Below are positions 28,993 to 37,450 of a stretch of DNA of 48,616 nucleotides, in pieces. Made by a program: the position numbers and the translations under genes. Source of the stretch: Solirubrobacterales bacterium (GTDB lineage Bacteria; Actinomycetota; Thermoleophilia; Solirubrobacterales; Solirubrobacteraceae); NCBI GenBank assembly GCA_038207985.1, contig JBBQZE010000001.1, forward strand, positions 1 to 48,616, in the 5' to 3' direction. A model generated the notes under the pieces. The model was not told the DNA's origin and ran no database searches. It saw only the letters and a list, made by a program, of their open reading frames with translations. The first letter of the stretch is position 1; each line of letters starts with the position of its first letter.

Positions 28993-30939
28993 GTGCTGAC
29001 TCTGGGGGACCGCATCGCCGCGCGCGACGACGGCGCGTTCGTCGGTCGCGAGCGTGAGGTCGCAGCACTGCAGGCGATGTTCAGCGACGGGGCGACGGCG
29101 ACCGTCGCCTACGTCCACGGCCCCGGCGGCGTCGGCAAGAGCGCCTTGCTGCGCGCCGTGGCCCGCCACGGCAGGGAGCGGGGCTGGACGACGGTCGCCA
29201 TCGAGGGCCGGGACGTCGCCGTCGACCGAGCCGCGCTGTCCGAGGCCCTCGCCCCCGCCCACGAGGCCGAGCGGCCACTCGTCCTGCTCGACACCTACGA
29301 GCGCCTCACGCCGCTCGACCGCGTTCTGCGCGGCGACCTGCTTCCCGCGCTCCCGGCGCGCAGCGTCGTCGTGCTGGCCAGCCGGCAGCGGCCGGACCCG
29401 GGGTGGTCGCAAGGCGGATGGGAGCACGTCGCACGGACCTTCGAGCTCGACGAGCTCCCCGCCGAGCAGGCGCGCTCGCTGCTGACCGCCCGCGGGGTCG
29501 ACCAGACGACGGCGCAGCGCATCCAGCGCTGGGCCGGGGGCTCGCCTCTGGCGCTGACCCTCGCCGCCGAGACCTCCGACTGGTCGGCGGGCACCGGGCT
29601 GCAGCAGCCCGAGCTGCTGCGCCGCCTGGTCGACCGGTTGGTGGACGAGGAGCGCGATCCGGTGCGGCGCCGCGCCCTCGAGACGGCCGCGGTCGCCCGC
29701 GTCACCACCCCGGGCCTCCTGGCCGTGACCCTCGACGTGGGCGACGCGGCGGAGGCGTACGCGTGGCTGGCCTCCCGCGCGTTCGCCGCCCCGCTCGGCG
29801 ACGGGATCGCGCTGCACGACCTCACGCGCAAAGCGCTGCGCGCCGACCTGCGGCGCCGCGACCCGTCGGGCGAGCGGGACCTGACGCGCCGCGTGATCGA
29901 CCACCTCTACGCGCACGCCCTCCGCGACGACCTCGAGCTCAGCCTCGACCTGGGCGATCTGACCGATGACGCCGACATCCGCGCGGGCTGGGTGCCGGAC
30001 CAGGCGCTGGCCGCGTACGTGAGCGCGGTGGGACCGGCGGAGGTCGACGCACTGGTCCCCGCGGTGGCCGCGCGCCACGGCGCCGAGTACGCCGAGGCGC
30101 TGCGGGTCGTCGTCGCCGCCGCCCCGTCGCGCGCGGCGGTGGTGCAGGACCCCGCCGGCGGCGTCCGCGGCGTCTGTGTGTCGATGACCGCCGCCAACGC
30201 GCCGGCGGCCGCGCACGACGACCCGCTTCTCGGCCCCTGGCTCGCCCATGCCGCCGCCGAGCGCGTGGAAGCCAGCTCGATCCTGATCCGCGATGTGATC
30301 GACCTGTCCGCGGAGCCGGGCAGCCTCCAAGCGCTCGTGAACGTGACCGCCTTCACCCGCGCCGGCCTGGCGAACCCGCGCTACTGCTACTCGGCAGCGC
30401 TGGCCGAAGACCACCAGCAGCAGGCGTTCCTGCAAGCGCTCGGCGCGACACGCCTGGCCGAGCTCGACGCGGTCGTGGGCGGCGTCACCTGGGAGGCCTG
30501 GAGGCTCGACTACGGGCCCGACGGCTTCCTCGACTTCCAGCGCGCGGACCTCTACCGCCAGCTCGGGCTGCAGCCGCCGCCGTCGCTCGCCGTCGTGGCG
30601 GTCACCGCGTCCCTGGCGACCGACGTCCGCGATGCCTTCCGCCACTGGCGCCGCCCGGACCGCCTCGCCGCGAGCCCGCTGGCCACGGGCACCGGCACCA
30701 CGGCCCGGGCCCAGTCGGTCCAGGATGCGCTGCGCGGCGCCATCATCGCCGGCTTCGGTGACGCCGAGGAGGACCGGGCGTTGCGCGCGACCCTCGAGGC
30801 GGGCTACCTCGAGGGTCGCGGTCGCAGCCACGAGGCCGTCGCGGACGCGCTCTACCTCAGCCGGGCCAACTACTTCCGTCGGCTGCGCACCGCGGTCGAG
30901 CGCGTCGCGCTGACGCTCGCACGGGACCGCGGCGCCTGA
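28993..30939 (+). CDS. STAND-class AAA ATPase with C-terminal HTH, paralog 2
   Basis: FVGREREV, GPGGVGKS, LVLLDTYE, GSPLAL, LHDL and SHEAVADALYLSRANYFRRLR; colinear with paralog 1; TAGGGT 7 nt before the GTG. Confidence 0.85.
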   Translation: MLTLGDRIAARDDGAFVGREREVAALQAMFSDGATATVAYVHGPGGVGKSALLRAVARHGRERGWTTVAIEGRDVAVDRAALSEALAPAHEAERPLVLLDTYERLTPLDRVLRGDLLPALPARSVVVLASRQRPDPGWSQGGWEHVARTFELDELPAEQARSLLTARGVDQTTAQRIQRWAGGSPLALTLAAETSDWSAGTGLQQPELLRRLVDRLVDEERDPVRRRALETAAVARVTTPGLLAVTLDVGDAAEAYAWLASRAFAAPLGDGIALHDLTRKALRADLRRRDPSGERDLTRRVIDHLYAHALRDDLELSLDLGDLTDDADIRAGWVPDQALAAYVSAVGPAEVDALVPAVAARHGAEYAEALRVVVAAAPSRAAVVQDPAGGVRGVCVSMTAANAPAAAHDDPLLGPWLAHAAAERVEASSILIRDVIDLSAEPGSLQALVNVTAFTRAGLANPRYCYSAALAEDHQQQAFLQALGATRLAELDAVVGGVTWEAWRLDYGPDGFLDFQRADLYRQLGLQPPPSLAVVAVTASLATDVRDAFRHWRRPDRLAASPLATGTGTTARAQSVQDALRGAIIAGFGDAEEDRALRATLEAGYLEGRGRSHEAVADALYLSRANYFRRLRTAVERVALTLARDRGA

Positions 30940-30964
30940 CCGCCGGCGAGGCGCCGGCCGGCGC

Positions 30965-31888
30965 TCAGCCGGCGGGCAGCTCCGCGAGGCGCGGCGGATC
31001 CGCGCCCTCCCGCGCGCACGTGGCGGCGGCGACCCGTGCGGCGAAGCGCGCGGCCTCCGCGACCCGCGCGATGTCCGCGAGGCCGTCGCGGCCCAAGCCC
31101 TCCCTGCCCCACCACGCGAGGAAGCCGCCGGCGAACGCGTCGCCCGCGCCGATCGTGTCGACGACCGTGACGGCGGGCGCGGGGACGGCGAGCTCCTCCG
31201 TCGCGGTGACCACCATGGCGCCGTCACCACCGCGCGTCAGCAGCGCGACCCCGGGGCCGGCCGCGAGCAGCTCGCGCGCCGCCGCGACGGGCTCGACGCC
31301 CGGGTGCAGCCAGGCGAGGTCGTCGTCGCTGACCTTCACGAGGTGGGTGCGGGCCAGGATCCGGCCGAGCCGCGCGCGGTAGGCCGCCGGGTCGGCGATC
31401 GCCCACGGGCGGCAGTTCGGGTCGACGACGACGAGCGCGTCGGCCGCCAGCGCCTCGACCACCGCCTCCAGCGCGGTCGCGAGCGGCTCGAGGACGAGGC
31501 CGAGCGTCCCGATGTGGAGCGTCCCGACGCCGGCGGGCAGTGCGGCCAGCGCGGCGGCCGGGGTCAGCCCGGGCGCCGCGGTCCCCTCGGCGTAGAAGGA
31601 GTAGCGGGCGCGGCCGGCGTCGTCGAGCTCGGCCAGGGCCAGCGTCGTGGGGTCGTCCGTGGCGACGACACCACCCAGCCCGACGCCGTCCTCGGCGAGC
31701 AGGCGGCGCAGGGCTGTTCCGGCGGCGTCGGTGGACAGGCGCCCGAGGTAGTCGACCGGCTGCCCGAGGCGGGCGAGCGTGCGCGCCGTGGTGAACGGTC
31801 CGCCGCCCGGGCGCCCGTGCGCCGTGGCCGCCGGGTCGATCCAGAGGTCGTAGAGCGCCTCCCCCGCGACGAGGACCCGACCGCTCAT
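30965..31888 (-). CDS. PfkB family carbohydrate kinase (fructokinase-like)
   Basis: GEALYD, PGGGPF, DPNCRP, VKVSDDD and VVDTIGAGDAFAGG motifs. Confidence 0.93.
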   Translation of the reverse strand: MSGRVLVAGEALYDLWIDPAATAHGRPGGGPFTTARTLARLGQPVDYLGRLSTDAAGTALRRLLAEDGVGLGGVVATDDPTTLALAELDDAGRARYSFYAEGTAAPGLTPAAALAALPAGVGTLHIGTLGLVLEPLATALEAVVEALAADALVVVDPNCRPWAIADPAAYRARLGRILARTHLVKVSDDDLAWLHPGVEPVAAARELLAAGPGVALLTRGGDGAMVVTATEELAVPAPAVTVVDTIGAGDAFAGGFLAWWGREGLGRDGLADIARVAEAARFAARVAAATCAREGADPPRLAELPAG

Positions 31889-31980
31889 GCCCGCTCGCGC
31901 CCCATCGCGCGGACCCTACCCGCGGCCGCTCCGACCGGCCTGCGGGCGCGCGGATGGACGCGGCGTCAGACTGCGCGCGC

Positions 31981-33051
31981 ATGGGGACCTTGACCCGCAC
32001 GGAGCGCATCGCGCTCGGGATCGGCGTGGCCGCGACCGTCGCGGCCGGCGTGGCCCGGTACGGCGGCGCCACGTCGGTCCTGGCCTTCGTCCTCGCCGCG
32101 GTCGCGCTGGCGGCGCTGGCCTCGGTGGTCTCCTTCGCCACGGAGCAGGTGGGCGAGCGCTTCGGCCCGTCGGTCACCGGGTTCCTGCAGTCGACGCTCG
32201 GCAACCTGCCCGAGTTCTTCATCGTCATCTTCGCGCTCTCGGCGGGGCAGGTGGTGGTCGCGCAGACCTCGGTCATCGGCTCGCTGTTCGCCAACGCGCT
32301 GCTCGTGCTGGGGATGGTCATCGTCACCGGCGCGGCCGAAGCCGAGGACGGCGTCATGCGCTTCCGCAAGCGGCTGCCGAACGACACGGCGACCCTGCTG
32401 CTGGTCGCCGCCTTCATCATCGTCGTCGTCGGCATCGCGGTGCAGGACGGCCAGAAGGCGGGGCGGAACGTCGACACGCTCTCGGCCGTCGCCGCGATCG
32501 CCCTCTTGGCGACCTACGCGACCTGGGCGTGGTCCTACCTGCGCGGCGACGAGTCGTCCGGGGGCGGCGAGACGGCCGGGCGCGCCGCGCCGCGGGTGCC
32601 GTTCGCCCTGTCGGTAGCGCTGCTGGCGGTCTCGGGCATCGGCGCGGCGTTCGTGTCCGACTGGTTCATCCACGCGCTCGAGCCCGCGATCGAGGCGATC
32701 GGCATCTCGCAGGCGTTCGCCGGCCTGGTCATCGTCGCGCTCGCCGGCAACGCGGTCGAGAACGTCGCCGGCGTCGTCCTGGCGCGCAAGGGGCAGGCCG
32801 ACCTCGCGATCTCGGTGGTGAAGAACTCGGTCGCGCAGATCGCGGCGTTGCTGTTCCCGGCCCTGGTGCTCGTCTCGCTGCTGTTCTCCAACACCCTGAC
32901 GTTCGCGCTCAACCCGGTCTACATCGGCGCGATCCTGCTCACCGCCCTGGCCGTCTGGCAGATCACGGGGGACGGCGAGGCGACCCGCTTCGAGGGGGTC
33001 GCGCTGATGTCGCTCTACGTGGTGCTGGGGGCCTACGCGTTCTTGGAGTGA
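31981..33051 (+). CDS. Ca2+/H+ antiporter (CaCA/ChaA-CAX family)
   Basis: Alpha-repeat motifs GNLPE, GSLFANALLVLG and AGNAVEN; multiple TM segments. Confidence 0.9.
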   Translation: MGTLTRTERIALGIGVAATVAAGVARYGGATSVLAFVLAAVALAALASVVSFATEQVGERFGPSVTGFLQSTLGNLPEFFIVIFALSAGQVVVAQTSVIGSLFANALLVLGMVIVTGAAEAEDGVMRFRKRLPNDTATLLLVAAFIIVVVGIAVQDGQKAGRNVDTLSAVAAIALLATYATWAWSYLRGDESSGGGETAGRAAPRVPFALSVALLAVSGIGAAFVSDWFIHALEPAIEAIGISQAFAGLVIVALAGNAVENVAGVVLARKGQADLAISVVKNSVAQIAALLFPALVLVSLLFSNTLTFALNPVYIGAILLTALAVWQITGDGEATRFEGVALMSLYVVLGAYAFLE

Positions 33052-33162
33052 TCCGCTTCGCGACGTCGTCGCGGAGAAAGGGCTGCACGTTGCGCACGCC
33101 CCCGCGCGGACGGCCGGCCGGAGCGTCGAGCGGTCCGCCCCGCGGGCTACGGTTCACTCCTC

Positions 33163-35304
33163 GTGCAGCAAGCCCTGACCACCCTGGCCACCGTGTGGGC
33201 CGACCCGTCCGCGCACACCGCCGCGCCCCTGCTCGACGAGCTGCGCGGGCGCTGGGGGTCGCTCGCGCCCGCGGAGCGCGAGGCGCTCGCGCCGCTCGCG
33301 AAGCTCGCCGCGGAGCGGGTGCGCGCCGCGGCCGCCCCACCGGCCGGGGCGGATCCCGGCCTGGACGAGCAGGACGCCTACCTGGCGGCGATGGAGGCCA
33401 GCTACGCGGAGGACCCGGGAGACGACCCGAGCGGGGACGGGTTCTTGCCCACCGGGGGCGCCTCGCCGGCCGCCGGGGGCGGCTACGAGCCCGTGCCCGG
33501 GGACCTCTTCAGCGCGACTACGCCCCAGGTCGCGGGGCCCACGTCGCCGCCCCTGCCCCGCACCCCGCTCGCGGACGTCACGCCCGAGTCGCTGCTCTCC
33601 CTGCTGGGCCTGTCGAGCTTCCGGCCGGGGCAGCGGGAGGCCGTGCAGGCCGCGCTCGACGGGCGCGACGCGCTCGTGGGGATGCCGACGGGCGGCGGCA
33701 AGAGCCTCTGCTACCAGCTGCCCGCGCTCGCCGGCGACGACTTGACCGTGGTCGTCTCCCCCCTGATCGCGCTGATGCGCGACCAGTGCGCGCGGCTGAC
33801 CGACCTCGGGCACCCCGCCGTCATGCTCGCCTCGGGCGGGGACGGGAGCGCCAACCGCGAGGCGCTCGGCCAGATCCGCGACGGCCGCGCCAAGGTCTGC
33901 TTCGCGGCGCCCGAGCGCTTCGCCTCCGGGGCCTTCCGAGCCGCGCTGCGCGAGCGCGCGCTCGCGCTCTTCGTGGTCGACGAGGCGCACTGCGTCAGCG
34001 AGTGGGGCCACGACTTCCGCCCGGATTATCTGCGCCTGGCGGAGGTCATCGCCGAGCTCGGACACCCGCCCGTCATGGCCTGTACCGCGACGGCGACCCC
34101 GAAGGTGGCCGAGGAGGTCGTGGCCCGCCTCGCCCTTCGCGAGCCCGAGCGGGTGCGCTCCGGCTTCGACCGCCCGAACTTGTCCTTCGACGTGCTCGGC
34201 TTCGACGGAGAGGGCTCTGTCGCGCGCAAGCGGGCGACGCTGCTGGCGGGCGTCGGCATGGAGGAGAACCGCCCGGCGGTCGTCTACTGCGGGACGCGCA
34301 AGAGCACGGAGGAGACGGCCGACGCGCTCGCGAGCACGGGGCTGCGGGTGGCCTCCTACCACGCCGGGATGGCCGCAGACGCCCGTGCGCAGCGCCAAGA
34401 CGCGTTCATGTCCGGCGCGGTCGACGTGGTGGTGGCCACGAACGCGTTCGGCATGGGCGTCGACAAGGCCGACGTGCGCTCCGTCTGGCACTGGGCGCTG
34501 CCGTCGAGCCTGGAGGCCTACTACCAAGAGGCCGGACGGGCCGGGCGCGACGGGCTGCCCGCACGCGCGGTGCTGCTGGCGTCCCGGTCGGACCTCGGGC
34601 GGCTCGTGCGCTTCATCCAGGAGGCCGAGGTCACCGTCGAGCAGGTCGGTGCACTGGTCGGGCGGCTGCAGGCCCGCGCCGGGGCGGACGGCGTCGTCGA
34701 GCTCGCCTGGGGCGACGACCGCGACCGCGTCGCGCTCGCGGTGGCCGAGCGCGCGGGTGCGCTCTCGCTCGGCGCCGGCTCGGGCGGCGCGGCCCGGGTG
34801 CAGCTCGCGCCAGGGCGGCTGGACCGCGAGGCGACGGCGCAGCTGTGCCGCGCCGCGACCGACCGCCGCTGGCAGTCCTACCGGTCGATCGAGCGCTACG
34901 CGACGCGCGACGACCGCTGCCGGCGGCGCCAGCTGCTCGACCACTTCGGCGATCCCGCGGAGGTGGCGCCGACGGGGCGCTGCTGCGACGTCCACGACCC
35001 CGTGACGTGGCTGCCCCCGATCACCGTGGCGGCCAAGGGGGGCTCGCGCAGGGGCGGCGCGCCGGCGCCGGACGACGGCCCCCCGGTGTCCGACGCCGAG
35101 CTCGCCCCGCTGAAGGCGTGGCGCCGTGAGCGCGCGGACGGGAAGCCGGCCTACACCGTGGCGCCGGACGCCACGCTGCGGGAGGTCGTGCGCCGCAGGC
35201 CGACCTCCGAGGCGGAGCTGCTCGCCATCAAGGGCATCGGCCCGAGCTTCATCGACAAGCACGCCGACTCCCTGCTCGAGCTGCTCGCCGGCGTCCCCGG
35301 CTGA
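33163..35304 (+). CDS. recQ: RecQ family ATP-dependent DNA helicase with HRDC domain
   Basis: FRPGQ, MPTGGGKSLCYQLP, DEAHCVSEWGHDFRPDY, TATAT, ATNAFGMGVDK, YYQEAGRAGRDG, CRR...CCD Zn motif and HRDC (LKAWRRERA...IKGIGP). Confidence 0.93.
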   Translation: MQQALTTLATVWADPSAHTAAPLLDELRGRWGSLAPAEREALAPLAKLAAERVRAAAAPPAGADPGLDEQDAYLAAMEASYAEDPGDDPSGDGFLPTGGASPAAGGGYEPVPGDLFSATTPQVAGPTSPPLPRTPLADVTPESLLSLLGLSSFRPGQREAVQAALDGRDALVGMPTGGGKSLCYQLPALAGDDLTVVVSPLIALMRDQCARLTDLGHPAVMLASGGDGSANREALGQIRDGRAKVCFAAPERFASGAFRAALRERALALFVVDEAHCVSEWGHDFRPDYLRLAEVIAELGHPPVMACTATATPKVAEEVVARLALREPERVRSGFDRPNLSFDVLGFDGEGSVARKRATLLAGVGMEENRPAVVYCGTRKSTEETADALASTGLRVASYHAGMAADARAQRQDAFMSGAVDVVVATNAFGMGVDKADVRSVWHWALPSSLEAYYQEAGRAGRDGLPARAVLLASRSDLGRLVRFIQEAEVTVEQVGALVGRLQARAGADGVVELAWGDDRDRVALAVAERAGALSLGAGSGGAARVQLAPGRLDREATAQLCRAATDRRWQSYRSIERYATRDDRCRRRQLLDHFGDPAEVAPTGRCCDVHDPVTWLPPITVAAKGGSRRGGAPAPDDGPPVSDAELAPLKAWRRERADGKPAYTVAPDATLREVVRRRPTSEAELLAIKGIGPSFIDKHADSLLELLAGVPG

Positions 35305-35332
35305 CCGGCCGACACGCCGTGTCGGCGCGCGC

Positions 35333-35377
35333 CGAGGGGGCCGATGTGGTTGCTGGCGAGCCACATCGGCCCCCTCG
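35333..35377. terminator. Perfect 17-bp inverted repeat between the convergent recQ and Crp genes (probable bidirectional terminator or REP-like)
   Basis: CGAGGGGGCCGATGTGG-N11-CCACATCGGCCCCCTCG; a smaller hairpin GCCGACAC-GCC-GTGTCGGC lies at 35308-35326. Confidence 0.7.
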
Positions 35378-35404
35378 CGGTGCTCCGGAGCCAGCCCTGG
35401 GCGC

Positions 35405-36148
35405 TCAGCTCATGACGGCAGGCGCCAGCCGGTGGTTGCGCAGCTGCTCGGGCGGTTCCCCCGGGAGCAGCCAGGCGCCGTCGTCGCGACGCAGCACGGT
35501 GCCTGCGCGCGCCAGCTCGCCGAGCGCGGTCGTCACCGACGGGCGGCTGGCACCCACGAGGTCCGCGAGCCGCTGGTGGCCGAGCGGCAGCCCGAGCACC
35601 ACGCCGTCGCCGGTCACGCGCCCCCAGCGCTCGGCCAGGTGCCACAGGCTGAGCAGCAGGCGGTGGTCGACGCGCTGGTGATGGGCGATCGCCAGCGACA
35701 CCGCGAGGGCGTGTGCGCGCCGCGTGCCCCGGGTGAAGAGCTCCACGCCGATCGCGGGGAACGGGACCAGCCGCTCGACGAGCGCGCTGTCGAGGACCGC
35801 CAGCGCGGTGGGCTCGAGCACCGCCCAGCCGACCTCGGCCTGGACGTGCGAACCCTCGTCGTCCCACGACCACGGCCGCATCACGTCACCCGGGCCGAGG
35901 AGCTCGACGCAGCGGCGACCCAGCACGTCGACTTCGCGGGTCAGCAAGCCGTCGACCACCATGAACCCCCGGTGGTGGACGTCGGGCTCGAAGGCCGCAC
36001 GGACGTCCCACGGCCCCGGGCTCAGGCGCCGGACGCTCGCGATCGCGACGCGGCGTGCCGTCTCGAGTGCGCCAGCGGCGACGCAGTCGGCGAGGTCCGG
36101 GTCGGCGTCCACGAGCGGGACTTGGCGGGCGTCGGCGGGCAGGGCCAT
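35405..36148 (-). CDS. Crp/Fnr family transcriptional regulator
   Basis: VVDGLLTREV..ELLGPGD beta-barrel, RVDHRLLLSLWHLAERWG and HTH HQRLADLVGASRPSVTTALGEL. Confidence 0.9.
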   Translation of the reverse strand: MALPADARQVPLVDADPDLADCVAAGALETARRVAIASVRRLSPGPWDVRAAFEPDVHHRGFMVVDGLLTREVDVLGRRCVELLGPGDVMRPWSWDDEGSHVQAEVGWAVLEPTALAVLDSALVERLVPFPAIGVELFTRGTRRAHALAVSLAIAHHQRVDHRLLLSLWHLAERWGRVTGDGVVLGLPLGHQRLADLVGASRPSVTTALGELARAGTVLRRDDGAWLLPGEPPEQLRNHRLAPAVMS

Positions 36149-36235
36149 ACCCCCCGAGTACCCCGAGGGGGCGTGCCCGAGAACCCAGCTGGCTCCCAGC
36201 AGGTCCTCGGGTGATCCCCACGCGCGCCGCCGAGC

Positions 36236-37417
36236 ATGCTGCCCATGCGCCAGGCCGCCGTCCGCCCCGCCCCGTCGCCCGCCGCCTCCGCGGCGCCGCC
36301 CGTCATCGAGGTCGTGATTCCCGTGCACAACGAGCAGCGGGCGCTGCCGGGGACGATCCGCCGGCTCCACGAGCTGCTCTCCACCGAGCTGCCGTACTCC
36401 TGGCGGATCGTCATCGTCGACAACGCGAGCACGGACGGGACGCCCCGCGTCGCCCGTGCGCTGGCCGACGACCTGCCCGGCGTGGACGTCCTCGCCCTCG
36501 CCGAGAAGGGTCGCGGCCGCGCGCTGCGAGCCGCGTGGACGACCTCCGACGCCGACGTGCTCTGCTACATGGACGTCGATCTGTCGACGGACCTGCGCGC
36601 GCTGCTGCCGCTCGTCGCCCCGCTGGTGACCGGGCACTCCGACGTCGCGATCGGCACGCGCCTGGCCCACGGTGCGCACGTCGTGCGCGGACCGAAGCGC
36701 GAGCTCATCTCGCGCTCCTACAACCACCTCCTGCACCTGACGCTCGGCGCGCGCTTCTCCGACGCGCAGTGCGGCTTCAAGGCCGTCCGCGCCGACGTCG
36801 CTCGGCGCCTCGTGCCCAAGGTGCGCGACGAGGCGTGGTTCTTCGACACCGAGCTGCTCGTGCTGGCCCAGCGCCAGGGGCTGCGCATCCACGAGGTGCC
36901 CGTGGACTGGGTCGACGACCCGGACTCACGGGTGGAGGTGCTCCGCACGGCACTCGACGACCTGCGCGGCATCGCCCGCCTGCTCGTGACCATGCCGACC
37001 GCCCGCTTCCTCGGCGTCGGCGTGCTCTCGACGATCGCCTACGCGCTGCTCTTCCTCGCGCTGCGTGGCGGCCTCGGGCCGGGCGGCGCCAACGCCATGG
37101 CCCTCGCCGCGACGGCGGTGGGCAACACCCAGGCCAACCGCCGGTGGACGTTCGGCATCCGCGGGCGCGAGCACCTCGTGCGCCAGCACGCGATGGGCGC
37201 GGTCGTGTTCGTGCTCACCCTCGGCCTCACCTCGGGCGCGCTCGGGGTGCTCCACGGCCTCGACGCCTCCCCCTCGCGTCCGGTCGAGCTCACGGTGCTG
37301 GTCGCCGCGGGGATCTGCGCGACCGTCACCCGCTACGTCGCGCTGCGCACCTGGGTGTTCGCGCGACGCCCCCGCCCTGCCGAGCTGCACGAGGCCACCG
37401 CCCCCGCCGCCGTCTGA
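36236..37417 (+). CDS. GT2 polyprenol-phosphate glycosyltransferase fused to a GtrA flippase-like domain
   Basis: VVIPVHNE, VDNASTDGT, KGRGRA, YMDVDLS, DAQCGFKA and WFFDTELL motifs, then four TM segments with ANRRWTF; alternative start 36245. Confidence 0.92.
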   Translation: MLPMRQAAVRPAPSPAASAAPPVIEVVIPVHNEQRALPGTIRRLHELLSTELPYSWRIVIVDNASTDGTPRVARALADDLPGVDVLALAEKGRGRALRAAWTTSDADVLCYMDVDLSTDLRALLPLVAPLVTGHSDVAIGTRLAHGAHVVRGPKRELISRSYNHLLHLTLGARFSDAQCGFKAVRADVARRLVPKVRDEAWFFDTELLVLAQRQGLRIHEVPVDWVDDPDSRVEVLRTALDDLRGIARLLVTMPTARFLGVGVLSTIAYALLFLALRGGLGPGGANAMALAATAVGNTQANRRWTFGIRGREHLVRQHAMGAVVFVLTLGLTSGALGVLHGLDASPSRPVELTVLVAAGICATVTRYVALRTWVFARRPRPAELHEATAPAAV

Positions 37418-37450
37418 CCCCCTTCCGATCGAGACCGAGGAGCCACCCGC

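Noticed and set aside
25790-30939. Assigning the STAND pair to known Avs/NLR antiphage systems
   Set aside because: No nuclease, TIR, SIR2, protease or other toxic effector domain, and no TPR sensor array is visible. The C-terminal HTH points to transcriptional control.
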